From contig CBDEGF010000004.1 in NCBI GenBank assembly GCA_965237685.1, positions 463,344-527,343 on the forward strand: a stretch of 64,000 nucleotides of DNA, in the 5' to 3' direction. Made by a program: the position numbers and the translations under genes. The stretch comes from Candidatus Marinacidobacterales bacterium (GTDB taxonomy: Bacteria; Acidobacteriota; Vicinamibacteria; Marinacidobacterales; SMYC01). The notes beneath the pieces were generated by a model. The model was not told the origin of the DNA. It was given only the letters and a program-made list of their open reading frames with translations, and did no database searches. Below are positions 8,340 to 17,805 of the stretch, piece after piece. Each line of letters begins with the position of its first letter. Position 1 is the first letter of the stretch.

Positions 8340-9574
8340 CCACCCGCGAGGACTGCGCGCGCTGGGACGCCGAGGACGGCCTGGCGCGCTTTCGCAAGGC
8401 CTTTGCGCTCCCCGAAGGTGTGATCTACTTCGACGGGAACTCCCTCGGTGCTCTGCCGGTCAAGACGCCGGGGAGGGTTCGGAATCTCATCGAGGAGGAG
8501 TGGGGCAAGGACCTCATTCGCAGCTGGAACTCGCACGCGTGGATTCACTACCCACGACGGATTGGCGACAAGATCGCGAAGCTCATCGGCGCCTCCTCCG
8601 GAGAGGTCGTGGCCGCGGATTCGACCTCTGTGAATCTCTTCAAGCTCCTCGGGGCGTCTCTCCGGCTGCAGCCGGAGGCGCGGCGGGTGATCGTCTCGGA
8701 GCGCACGAACTTCCCGACGGATCTGTACATTGCCCAGGGGCTCGTGGAGATGGCGGACCATCGTTACGAGCTGAGGATGGTCGAGGCGTCGGAGCTCGAG
8801 ACAGCGGTCGACGCGACGGTTGCCGCCGTCATGTTGACCCACGTCAATTTCCGGAGCGGGGATCGGCATGACATGGCCGGGATCACACGTCTCGCGCACG
8901 GCGAGGGAGCGATCATGCTGTGGGATCTCAGCCACAGCGCCGGAGCCATGCCGCTTAAAGTGAACAAGGATGGGGTCGACCTGGCCGTGGGCTGCGGCTA
9001 CAAGTATCTCAACGGCGGACCGGGGGCACCCGCGTTCCTCTACGTTTCGCGGCGACTGCAAACGGCCCTGCGACCGCCCCTCAGCGGGTGGATGGGGCAC
9101 GAGGCGCCGTTCGCCTTCGACGCCGACTATCGACCCGCGCCGGGCGTCGAGCGTCATCTCTGCGGTACACCCTCGATACTGGGAATGGCCGCCCTCGAAG
9201 TCGGTGTGGATCTCCTTCTGGAGGCGGATCTCGGCGAGGTGCGCGAGAAGTCTGAGCGGCTCGGTGATCTGTTCATCGAGCTGGTCGAAGCGCGTTGCGG
9301 GAAGTTTCCTATCTCTGTCGCGTGCCCGAGAGACCGTGCGCTCCGCGGCAGCCAGGTCTCTTTCCGCCACGACGACGGTTACGCCATCATGCAAGCGCTC
9401 ATTGCGCGCGGCGTGATCGGAGACTTTCGCGATCCGGATATACTACGCTTCGGCTTGACACCCCTGTACCTCGGCTACGCGGATGCGTGGGACGCAGTCG
9501 CCGCTCTCAGGGAGATCCTGGAGACCGAGGCTTGGCGGGATGTCGCGTTTCAGAAACGCCAGCTGGTGACGTGA
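8336..9574 (+). CDS. kynU: Kynureninase
   Basis: [60 protein letters not shown] (PLP lysine region). ATG 8336 overlaps the kynA stop (ATGA), suggesting translational coupling. Confidence 0.9.
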   Translation: [412 protein letters not shown]

Positions 9575-9584
9575 GGAGGTAGCT

Positions 9585-10355
9585 ATGGAACGCCGAAGCT
9601 TCTTCAAGCTCTTCGCCGGGGTCGCGGTCAGTGCGCTCCCGGGCTTCCGCTACGCGCCGAAGGCGGCAAGCCGTATTGGTGTGATCGGCGGGGGCATCCT
9701 CGGCAGCTCCATTGCCTATCACCTCGCGCGGCGCGGTGCCGAGGTCACGCAGTTCGAGAAGGAGAAACCCGCTGCCGGCGCGACAGCGAACTCCTTCGCC
9801 TGGATCAACGCCACCTTCTCGAAGCGACCGCGACACTACCACCAGTTGAATCGGCTCGGTGCGCTCGGTTACCGCCATCTGGAGCGCGAGCTGGGCGGGG
9901 ATCTCGCGGTCCAATGGGGCGGAAGTCTCGAGTGGTACGGCGAGCCGGAGCGTGCCCGTTGGCTCCGCGAGCAGGTCCAGCGCGCGGAGACGTGGGGTTA
10001 TCCCACACAACTGGTCGACGTCGAAGATTTCGAGAAGCTCGAGCCCAACGTGGCGCCCGGAGACGTCTTCGCAGCCTCTCATGCTGAGCAAGAGGGGAGC
10101 ATCGACCCCGTGCGCACGACCGAGGTTCTGGTGCAGCATGCCAAAGCCAATTGGTGTACAAACGGTGTACCCCTGCGAGGTCAACCGGCATTGATCTGAG
10201 ATGGGGAGACTGCGAGGCGTGAAAACGACGAGCGGCGATTTCGAGCTCGACGCGCTCGTGATCGCTGCTGGAGTGGATACGCCGAGGCTGGCAGAGTTGG
10301 CGGGCCTTTCCGTTCCCCTCGTCGAGTCTCCAGGGGTCCTCGCCCATACGAAGGC
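9585..10355 (+). pseudogene. Tat-signal FAD-dependent oxidoreductase (DAO family), frameshifted, with an in-frame TGA and 3'-truncated at the IS1595 remnant
   Basis: MERRSFFKLFAGVAVSALPG is a Tat motif and IGVIGGGILGSSIAYHLA is a GxGxxG fold. The frame changes near 10150-10153 (AKAN / GVQTVYPCEV), and TGA at 10192-10194 interrupts EVNRH*SEMGRLRGVKTTSGDFELDALVIAAG. Homology stops near 10352 (VESPGVLAHT). Confidence 0.7.
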
Positions 10356-11169
10356 GTCCTCGTCCCTGACGTTGTGCTTGCCGGCGAATTCGTTGACGTA
10401 GCATGCCGTTCGTGTGCGCCATGCCGTTGACGTACTCCTTCACTGAGTGACGGACCGTCTCGTGATTCGGTAGCCCCTCGTAACCTCCGTGGTCGTCGGT
10501 GTACACCTTCGCCCCAGGCTCGACGGTCTCGGCTATGAAGCCCTGGAGTGTCGGTTGGTCGGTGCTTTCGATGACGGCGGCGGTGACGCGGTTGGTCCGG
10601 CGGTCCTTCGCTCCGATGACGGCCGTCTTGCCGACAGACCCGCGTCCCTTGATCACTTGCTCGCGCTTGTGCGTGTGCATGTTCTTGGCCTTGCCGCCGA
10701 AGTACGTCTCGTCTACCTCGACGGGGCCAGAGAACGGGTTGCCGCCGCTAGGAACCTTCCACGCTTCGCGAATGCGGTGAAGCATGAACCAGGCCGTCGG
10801 TTGGGAAACTCCGATGTCTCGGTGGAGCTTCATCGACGAAACGCTCTTCAAACTCGTGAGTTCCAAGTAAATGGCGATCACCCACTTGCGAAGCGGCAAG
10901 CGAGAGCTTTCTAGCACTGTGCCCGTTCGGACGCTGAAGTATGAGCGACAATCCGAGCACCAGTACGGCATGCAGGCGTGAGAAGCCATCGTCGTTCTGA
11001 GGCTACCGCAGTGTCCGCAGCATCGCTCGCCGTCCCAGAACATTTGCTCGAACCACTGACGGGCAGCGGTTTCGTCGGGAAACATGTCCATCAGTTGGAC
11101 AACCGTGATGCCTTCGCGGTGGGCTTTGCCCGGTGCCTTGTGTCTCTTCACCATGGAACCATCATACAC
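10356..11169 (-). pseudogene. IS1595-family (ISXO2-like) transposase, inactivated by an out-of-frame internal deletion and 3' truncation
   Basis: Zinc-ribbon N-terminus (CCGHCGS...CSDCRS) and a DDE core (VEVDETYFGG, TDDHGGYEGL, VNGMAHTNGM). The block between HTNGM and YVNEFAGKHNVRDED is missing, and the two parts are in different frames (junction about 10399-10402). The rest of the listed 454-aa ORF is antisense read-through into the oxidoreductase gene. Alternative start ATG 11154. Confidence 0.75.
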
Positions 11170-11240
11170 AGATCCATCGGTTCTGTCAACATAACTTTAT
11201 AATTCCCAAAGAAAAAGCCGCTGGCCCTGGGAGGATCATC
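10356..11240 (-). mobile_element. IS1595-family remnant (boundaries approximate)
   Basis: Degenerate transposase plus a lower-GC upstream segment (11170-11240, ...ggttctgtcaacataactttataattcccaaag...). It lies between a truncated oxidoreductase gene and the pruA stop at 11263. No inverted repeats identified. Confidence 0.45.
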
Positions 11241-11262
11241 GGCTCAGACAGAAACGGCCGGG

Positions 11263-12933
11263 TTACGAAGCTGCCCGCTTGGGCACTTCCCTTATGCCAC
11301 CCTCTTCCTTCTCCATGAAAGGGTAGCGGTAGTCGGTGGCCGGCACGAAGGTCTCTTTGACGGTCCGCAAGCTCGTCCATCGCATGAGGTTGCCGGCAGA
11401 GCCCGCCTTGTCGTTGGTCCCGGAGGCGCGACTTCCACCGAACGGCTGCTGCCCGACGACGGCGCCGGTCGGCTTGTCGTTGATATAGAAGTTGCCCGCC
11501 GTCTGGCGAAGCCCCGCATAGGCCTTTTCGATGGCCACGCGATCCTGGGAGAAGATCGCCCCTGTCAGCGCGTAGGGCGAGGTGTTGTTGCAGAGCTCGA
11601 GAGTCTCCTCGAACTTCGCGTCCGGGTAGACATAGACCGTCAAGACCGGGCCGAAGATCTCCTCCTCCATCAGGCGAAACCTCGGATCCTTGGTCACGAC
11701 GGTGGTCGGCTCGATGAAGTAGCCCTTCTCCGAATCGTAGTTGCCACCGGTGAGGAACTCCGCGTCCGACGAATCCTTCGCGTAGTCGATGTACTCGGTG
11801 ATGTCTGAGAAAGCGTTCTTGTCGATTACCGCGCCAATGAAGCTCTCGAAATCCGTGGGGTCGCCCAACTTGATCGTCTTGACCTGCTCGACCCAACGTT
11901 CTTTGAACTCCGGCCAGATGCTCTCCGGGATGTAAGCCCGCGAAGCGGCGGAGCATTTCTGCCCCTGGTACTCGAACGCGGCGCGCAGCGTGTTGGCGAC
12001 CAGCGCGTCGATCTGTGCCGAGGGATGGACGAAGATGTAGTTCTTCCCGCCGGTCTCGCCCACGATGCGGGGGTAGACCTTGTACTTCGCGATGTTGTTG
12101 CCCACCGTCCGCCACATGTTCTGAAAGACTTCGGTGGAGCCAGTGAAGTGAATCCCGGAAAGGCCAGGGAGGTCCATGACCGGGCCACCGACTTTGCCGC
12201 CGGAGCCGGGGATGAAGTTCACGACGCCGTCCGGAAGGCCGGCTTCTTTGAAGAGCTGCACCAGGTAGTGGGCTGACAAAACGGCACTCGAGGCCGGCTT
12301 CCACAGCACGGTGTTTCCCATCAGGGCTGGCGCGGTGGGCAGATTACCGCCGATCGAGGTGAAATTGAACGGGGTTACTGCGAAGACGAATCCTTCGAGT
12401 GCCCGGTACTCGACGTAGTTCCAGACACCGTCGGAGGAGATGGGCTGCCCCGAGTAGATCTGCTCCATGTAGTGCACGTTGAAGCGGAAGAAATCCACGA
12501 GTTCTGCCGCCGCATCGATCTCCGACTGATGAGGGGTCTTGGACTGGACGAGCATCGTAGCGGCGTTGACGGTGGGGCGGTACTTGCCGGCGAGGAGCTC
12601 GGCCATCTTGAGGAAAATGCTCGCCCGGGCCCGGTGGTCCATGACCGACCACTCGTGCCAGGCATCCGAGGCAGCTTTCGCCGCTTGGTCGATGATGTCC
12701 GCGGTGGCCTTGTGGTAGCGGCCCAGGACGTGTCCGTGGTCGTGCGGGCAGACACAATCGCCCATATCGCCGGTGCGGATTTCCTTACCGCCCACGACGA
12801 TGGGAATCTCGATCTCCTTGGACGCCATGTCCTTGATGGCGGCCTGGAGCTCGGCGCGCTCCGCGCTCCCTGGCGCGTACTCGTAGATCGGCTCGTTCCT
12901 TGGAGCGGGTACATTGATGACGGCATTCGTCAC
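11263..12933 (-). CDS. pruA: L-glutamate gamma-semialdehyde (1-pyrroline-5-carboxylate) dehydrogenase, ALDH4-type
   Basis: 556 aa. FEYQGQKCSAASR holds the catalytic Cys, alongside WKPASSAV and EEIFGPVL. GTG start is preceded by AGGAGG 8 nt upstream. Confidence 0.9.
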   Translation of the reverse strand: MTNAVINVPAPRNEPIYEYAPGSAERAELQAAIKDMASKEIEIPIVVGGKEIRTGDMGDCVCPHDHGHVLGRYHKATADIIDQAAKAASDAWHEWSVMDHRARASIFLKMAELLAGKYRPTVNAATMLVQSKTPHQSEIDAAAELVDFFRFNVHYMEQIYSGQPISSDGVWNYVEYRALEGFVFAVTPFNFTSIGGNLPTAPALMGNTVLWKPASSAVLSAHYLVQLFKEAGLPDGVVNFIPGSGGKVGGPVMDLPGLSGIHFTGSTEVFQNMWRTVGNNIAKYKVYPRIVGETGGKNYIFVHPSAQIDALVANTLRAAFEYQGQKCSAASRAYIPESIWPEFKERWVEQVKTIKLGDPTDFESFIGAVIDKNAFSDITEYIDYAKDSSDAEFLTGGNYDSEKGYFIEPTTVVTKDPRFRLMEEEIFGPVLTVYVYPDAKFEETLELCNNTSPYALTGAIFSQDRVAIEKAYAGLRQTAGNFYINDKPTGAVVGQQPFGGSRASGTNDKAGSAGNLMRWTSLRTVKETFVPATDYRYPFMEKEEGGIREVPKRAAS

Positions 12934-13107
12934 TTCTTTATCCTCCTTGGCTCCCGGGGAGCTCTCGAAAATCGGGGGGGCTTCCTGCCCGAAGCCGCTA
13001 TTCTACACTGCGGACCGGGAGCCGAGAAATCCGGTCGTAACTTGCAGGTTGAGCTCGCGCCCGGTCGCACCCTCACCCGGCGGCGCTCGTAACAACTCGC
13101 GCAGCCA

Positions 13108-13236
13108 CCCTCTCCCTTCCCGCCTCCGCCAAGGCTACGGCGGACCGGCCGACCGGCCTTCGCGTGAAGCTTCGGCCGGTCCGCCGTAGCCCCGTGCGCA
13201 GGCGGAAGCTTTAGCGAAGGCCGGCCAGGGAGAGGG
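13108..13236. repeat. REP-like element, compound form with a perfect 20-bp stem
   Basis: Same outer arms as the 7300 copy. GGCTACGGCGGACCGGCCGA (13133-13152) pairs perfectly with TCGGCCGGTCCGCCGTAGCC (13172-13191), leaving a 19-nt loop. It looks like two REP units head to head. Confidence 0.75.
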
Positions 13237-13276
13237 AATTCGGTCGACGACTTCGCCGTCAGCGTAGAATAAGTCC

Positions 13277-14239
13277 ATGCGGCTCGACGTGCTCACGGAG
13301 GTCACGGAAGCGGAGAGCCGGATCCGCGATCACGTCCGGAGGACGCCTCTCGAGCACTCGCCCGCCCTGAGCGAGCGCACGTTCGGGCGTGTCTTTCTGA
13401 AGCTCGAGAACCACCAGCTCACCGGCTCGTTCAAGCTGCGGGGTGCCGTCAACAAATATCTCTCGCTCAGCGAGGAGCAGAAGCGGCGGGGCATCGTGAC
13501 CGCGTCTTCCGGAAACCACGGCGGTGCCGTCGCGTACACCGTCGACCGCTTCGGTGGCAAGGGGATTGTCTACCTCCCGGAGACGGCCTCGCGCGCGAAG
13601 GTAAGCGCACTCTCACACTATCCGGTCGAGCTCCGGTTCTTCGGCGAAGACTGTTTTGAGGGCGAGATCGAGGCGATGCGCGTGGCCCGGGAAGAAGAGA
13701 TCACCTACGTCTCTCCCTACAGTGACCCGAAGGTTGTCGGAGGGCAGGGCACGATCGGTGTCGAGATCCTGCAAGAGACGGAGACGTTGCCCGATCTGGT
13801 ACTCGTACCGGTCGGAGGTGGGGGCCTCATCGCGGGCGTGGCGGGTTACCTGAAAGCGAAACACCCCGAGGTCACGATCGTCGGCTGTCAGCCGGAGGCC
13901 TCCGCGGTCATGGCGTCTTCCGTACGGGAAGGCAGGATCCTGGAGCTCGCGTCGAAGCCGACGCTCGCCGACGGCACGGCGGGCGGTGTGGATCCAGACT
14001 CCATTACCTTCGAGCCCTGTCGTCAGTTCGTCGATGAGTTCGTCCTGGTGACGGAAGAGGAGATCGCCGACGCGATGCGTCTGGCGATGGAGTACCATCA
14101 CATGCTGGTCGAGGGGGCGGCCGCCCTGTCCATCGCAGTCCTTCTTCGGATGGGGGAGGCGGTGCGCGACAAGACCAGCGTTCTGGTGGTGAGCGGAAAC
14201 AAGGTGAGCATGGATACGTTGAAGCGAGTTCTCGCATGA
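13277..14239 (+). CDS. PLP-dependent threonine/serine dehydratase (threonine ammonia-lyase / serine racemase-like)
   Basis: 320 aa. LENHQLTGSFKLRGAVNK holds the PLP lysine and ASSGNHGGAVAY is also present. No C-terminal regulatory domain. Confidence 0.85.
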   Translation: MRLDVLTEVTEAESRIRDHVRRTPLEHSPALSERTFGRVFLKLENHQLTGSFKLRGAVNKYLSLSEEQKRRGIVTASSGNHGGAVAYTVDRFGGKGIVYLPETASRAKVSALSHYPVELRFFGEDCFEGEIEAMRVAREEEITYVSPYSDPKVVGGQGTIGVEILQETETLPDLVLVPVGGGGLIAGVAGYLKAKHPEVTIVGCQPEASAVMASSVREGRILELASKPTLADGTAGGVDPDSITFEPCRQFVDEFVLVTEEEIADAMRLAMEYHHMLVEGAAALSIAVLLRMGEAVRDKTSVLVVSGNKVSMDTLKRVLA

Positions 14240-14618
14240 AGTTTCCAGAATACCTGCTCTGGTGCCTGCTGGCTCTGGCGATCGCATCGGGCGCATCGGG
14301 CGCGTCGGGCGAGGAGTTGAAGGCTCCGGTCCGGTCGTGGGAACCGAGCTCGACCGCACCGCCGGCGAGAAAAGGAATGGCGATCACTGATCGAGAAGGT
14401 TCGCTCCACGACCGACGTTCCTTTGACCTACGCCGCCAACTGGGACGACTACGAGAACATCCCCTTCTGGGACGCCCTCGACGCCATCGGTATCCAGGCA
14501 TACTTTCCTCTGGCCGAACGAGGAGACGCACGGAGCGCGGTCACAGGGATACTGGAGGCGGGATCCCTCGTGAAGTACTTCAACCTTGCACCTCGTTGGC
14601 GGGATTACGGGGAGGGAC
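14236..14618 (+). pseudogene. Remnant of a secreted TIM-barrel glycoside-hydrolase-like gene (family uncertain)
   Basis: A signal peptide (MKFPEYLLWCLLALAIASGASGASG) starts at an ATGA overlap with the dehydratase stop. In another frame, LIEKVRSTTDVPLTYAANWDDYENIPFWDALDAIGIQAYFPLAERGD is a conserved hydrolase-like block. Most of the gene is missing and the end runs into a MITE. Confidence 0.45.
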
Positions 14619-14843
14619 CTAGTGCACGAGCCCGCCAATCCTGCCGCAAAATTCCTCGTCCTTTTCCGCGCTGGCGGCGTTGCTGCATCGGTTGCAGTTC
14701 GGCCTCCCGGCCTAGCCCTCCGCTCGACAGGCTCGCTGCGGAAGGCGGCTCGAAATATCTAGATATGACTTCGTCGGAGCGCCTTGCCAGCACGAAAAAT
14801 GACATTGGAATTTGCCGACAGGCTCAGCGGGTTCGTGCACCAG
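14619..14843. repeat. MITE-like near-palindromic element, long form (copy a)
   Basis: Ends CTAGTGCACGAGCCCGCCAATCCTGCCGCAAAATTCC ... GGAATTTGCCGACAGGCTCAGCGGGTTCGTGCACCAG. It shares the core CTCGAAATATCTAGATATGACTTCGTCG with copies at 41390 and 45163 and carries an extra ~61-bp internal block. Confidence 0.75.
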
Positions 14844-15384
14844 CCGATTTCGCCGGGGCTTCCGCGATAGCCTCCTCTCCCGCCGACGCAGCAGTGTGGG
14901 GCGGGGAGGCCGGCGCGGCATGCGGCGTGTTGGCGGTGACCAGAATCGTCGAGACGATGACGCCGGCAATACCGACCCAGAGCAGCGGACTGGCTTTGAA
15001 CTGTCCACCCGAGCTCAGCAACGTGTGCAGCGCCGTGACGGTCACCGCACCACCGAAGACAACGGGCATCACCGCGTGAGGAATGCGGGCCCCACCGCTG
15101 AACATACTCATCGTCAGCCCGAAGGCGCCGATGGCTCCGAGTGTTCCCGCGGCAAAGCCCCAGCTCACGCCCGGGCTCGTGAGATTGAAGCTATCACCCT
15201 TGTACCACATGCCGATGAGGCCACCCAGGATGGCGATGACCAGGTAGGCCAAGCCGATGCCGACGTAGGGCTTGAAGGGGCTGTGATCCGCGTCGGCAAG
15301 GCGAGCAGCGCCGAGCGTCGGTCCGTAGAGACCCCAGCTGAGGGCGGTCAACAGGGCAAAAACGAAAGGGAGATAGGTTCTCAT
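14824..15384 (-). CDS. Small polytopic membrane protein of unknown function
   Basis: MRTYLPFVFALLTALSWGLYG... with 5-6 hydrophobic segments. Start chosen at ATG 15384. The last 6 codons (AGARTR) and the stop are encoded by the MITE terminal repeat. Confidence 0.55.
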   Translation of the reverse strand: MRTYLPFVFALLTALSWGLYGPTLGAARLADADHSPFKPYVGIGLAYLVIAILGGLIGMWYKGDSFNLTSPGVSWGFAAGTLGAIGAFGLTMSMFSGGARIPHAVMPVVFGGAVTVTALHTLLSSGGQFKASPLLWVGIAGVIVSTILVTANTPHAAPASPPHTAASAGEEAIAEAPAKSAGARTR

Positions 15385-15940
15385 GTGATCCTCGTTCCTC
15401 TTCTTCGAAGCACCGAAGCGCCAACTATAGCCCATCCTCCGTGGACCCGGTTGAGGCGACCCATTCGGCTCGCCCGCCCGTTGCGTTCGCGACCCGGGCG
15501 CGAACGGAATCCTCGTCGGCGAGGGCGGATCGGATTCTCAGAGTAACGCGTTCAGCATGCTCGGCGGCGAGAATCGTCGCACCCAGAGACGTCAGTGACC
15601 GACGCACGGGGGCTTCGTGCTCGTAGTCGATGACGATTGAGGCTTCGAAGCTCTCCGATTTCTCCTTTTGACTTCGTACTCGACGCGGGCTGTTTCAGCG
15701 GGGATGCGATAGCCGGGCATCTTGAGCGAAGGTTGTATCAGTATCCAGCATCCAGCAACTCCACCGCCGGTTCACTTGCCCCGGCCGCTGTCCTGGCCCT
15801 TGCCTCTGCCCGGGTTTCTCAGACGCGACCCGATGTTTCGGTCCAATCGCAAGCACTGTAGAATGCGACGAGCTCTACCGTCTCTGCCTTGGATTTCCCT
15901 GAAGCTTCCATTCACGGATTCGGTGAACCGCTGCCTGCAC

Positions 15941-17488
15941 TCAGACCACCCTGCCGGAGGCGGTCCGCGTCACGGTACCCTCGGCGAGGACCGGATGTCC
16001 GGATATCCAGGCTTGTCGAACGGCACCGCTGGCCTCCTCGCTCGCGCTTTCGAGATTCAGTAGCGCGAGGTCGGCGGGGGCGCCTTCCGCGATGCGACCG
16101 CGGCGCTTCCATCCGAGCAACGCGGCCGGGCCGCCTGTCAGTCGATGAACCGTCTCTTCCACCGTCAAACCGGACTGGCGGAGCAGGCCGAACGCCCGCG
16201 CAATCCAGCCGTAGCACGCCTCCGACCACCGCACCTCGGAAAGCGGGCCGTCCGGAGCGAGGTTGATCCCGTCCGAGCAGGGGAAACAGATCCGTTGGCG
16301 AAAAAGCTCCCGAAGATCCACTTCCTCCTTGATGCGGCCAAGCCAGAGGACTTCGTGGACGCTCTCGCCCGCGTCCAGGAGGATCGAGATGACGGCCTCC
16401 GCGGGACGGATCTCCTTGCGACGAGCAATGATATCCATCGTCTCTCCCGTGAACCGCTCCGAGCCGGGCGCATAGGCCAGCTTGACGAGATCCCACCGGC
16501 CCTCGGGCACCATCTGCCACATACAGTTGCGATGATGACTCAAGCGCTCCGCGGCGTCCGGACGCTTCAGCTCCCGACGGATCGCATCGACGTCTCCGGT
16601 GGTCAACTCGGGCGGAAGTGCCGCGAGCATCTTCGTCGTTCCCCACAGATACGGGATCTCGTCGATGCCCACCCGACGACCGTCCTTCTCGAAGCGCTCG
16701 AGGCGCGACAGGAGCCATTCCAGCGCGTTCGCGTCGGCGCCGAACTTGGGTGCGATGTGGGAAAGGTGTATTCGCGCGCCCGTCCGCATTGCCAATTCCA
16801 GAACCTCTTCGATGGCGCGTCGGAAGTGGCGGTCGCGGTTGCGAACATGCACCGTCACGACGACGTCGAAACGTGCCGCCACCTCGCACAGCGCGCCGAC
16901 CTCCTCTGGTGAGGCGAGCCGACCCGGCGAGTACTCGAGGCCGAAGCTCAGGCCTCTGGCCCCCTGCTCGATCGCCACCGCGAGCGCTTGCGCGAGACAT
17001 CGCACCTGCTCTTCGTTCGCAGCCTGTCGGGGGTCCTCGAGGATGCTGGAGCGCAGTGCGGCGTGGCCGACGAGAGGAACGACGTGGGTGTTCGGAGCCG
17101 TCGTCTCGAGCAGCTCTCGGTAGCTTCCGAAGTCCCTCCAGTCCGCTTCCCGGTCGAGCGGTGACGGACCGAGGACCTGCCCGGAGAGATGCGACGGTTC
17201 CTTGAGCGGCGCCGCGGAGAATCCGCAGTTTCCCACCACCTGAGCGGTGACCCCCTGCAGGCTCTGGCTTACGGTCCGCGGATCCATGAGGACGGTGACA
17301 TCGGAGTGGGTGTGGAGGTCGATGAAACCCGGGGTGAGCGCGAGACCACGCCCGTCGATCCGCTCCTGGGCGTCGAGCCGTTCGAGATGGCCGATGTGCT
17401 CGATGCCTTTCGCCGTGAAGGCGACGTCCGAGACATATCCTCTGGCTCCCGTCCCATCGATGACGAGTGCGTTCTCGACCACGATCAT
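15941..17488 (-). CDS. N-acyl-D-amino-acid deacylase (D-aminoacylase), amidohydrolase superfamily
   Basis: 515 aa. MIVVENALVIDGTG...LALTPGFIDLHTHSD and the overall D-aminoacylase architecture. No signal peptide. Confidence 0.85.
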   Translation of the reverse strand: MIVVENALVIDGTGARGYVSDVAFTAKGIEHIGHLERLDAQERIDGRGLALTPGFIDLHTHSDVTVLMDPRTVSQSLQGVTAQVVGNCGFSAAPLKEPSHLSGQVLGPSPLDREADWRDFGSYRELLETTAPNTHVVPLVGHAALRSSILEDPRQAANEEQVRCLAQALAVAIEQGARGLSFGLEYSPGRLASPEEVGALCEVAARFDVVVTVHVRNRDRHFRRAIEEVLELAMRTGARIHLSHIAPKFGADANALEWLLSRLERFEKDGRRVGIDEIPYLWGTTKMLAALPPELTTGDVDAIRRELKRPDAAERLSHHRNCMWQMVPEGRWDLVKLAYAPGSERFTGETMDIIARRKEIRPAEAVISILLDAGESVHEVLWLGRIKEEVDLRELFRQRICFPCSDGINLAPDGPLSEVRWSEACYGWIARAFGLLRQSGLTVEETVHRLTGGPAALLGWKRRGRIAEGAPADLALLNLESASEEASGAVRQAWISGHPVLAEGTVTRTASGRVV

Positions 17489-17805
17489 GGTTCGGTACCG
17501 GAACGAGCGTTGACGATCGCTTCTACGAGCTTCGGGTCCACACGCTCGCGGAGCGGCTCGGCGAAACTCTGACCGATGGGCCCATCGAGCACCGCGTACA
17601 TGTGCGCTCGATCGCGGGACAGGTAGGGGAGATCGAACACGAGGAGCTCCGGGGCGAACGTCGCCAGAGGCGCGTTCGAGGGACAGACGACTTCCACGGC
17701 GCCTATGATGGTCAGCTCGATCACCTCGCGCTCGTTTCCGAGCGCGTTGTTCGGATAGACCTCGATCTTGATGCGCCCGTTGGTTGCAGCCGCGAGCTCC
17801 TTTCG
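17485..17805 (-). pseudogene. TRAP-transporter DctP fragment (~100 internal codons) fused in frame to the tail of the BNR pseudogene
   Basis: The second half of ORF 17485-18252 reads ELAAATNGRIKIEVYPNNALGNEREVIELTIIGAVEVVCPSNAPLATFAPELLVFDLPYLSRDRAHMYAVLDGPIGQ, which is a DctP N-terminal-lobe signature. No signal peptide, and homology is lost after about 100 aa. The stop overlaps the D-aminoacylase ATG. Confidence 0.6.

Noticed and set aside
10192-10194. The in-frame TGA in the flavoenzyme gene as a possible selenocysteine codon.
   Set aside because: The position is not a redox-active Cys site in this family, no SECIS-like hairpin follows, and the gene also has a frameshift and a truncation.
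7300-13236. REP-like and MITE copies considered as a CRISPR array.
   Set aside because: The copies are kilobases apart, are internally palindromic, vary in length, and there is no regular repeat-spacer periodicity and no cas genes.
14281-14310. A triple 9-bp repeat (gcatcgggc) encoding ASGASGASG in the glycosidase-remnant signal region.
   Set aside because: It is a tiny in-frame microsatellite inside an already decayed gene, with no evidence of function.
15425-15722. A small minus-strand gene, MPGYRIPAETARVEYEVK... continuing after a 1-nt shift at an A4 run as ...KEKSESFEASIVIDYEHEAPVRRSLTSLGATILAAEHAERVTLRIRSAL...
   Set aside because: There is only a vague resemblance to SRPBCC/CoxG-like C-termini, it needs a frame correction and has no clear RBS. 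It is possibly another remnant but is too weak to call as a feature.
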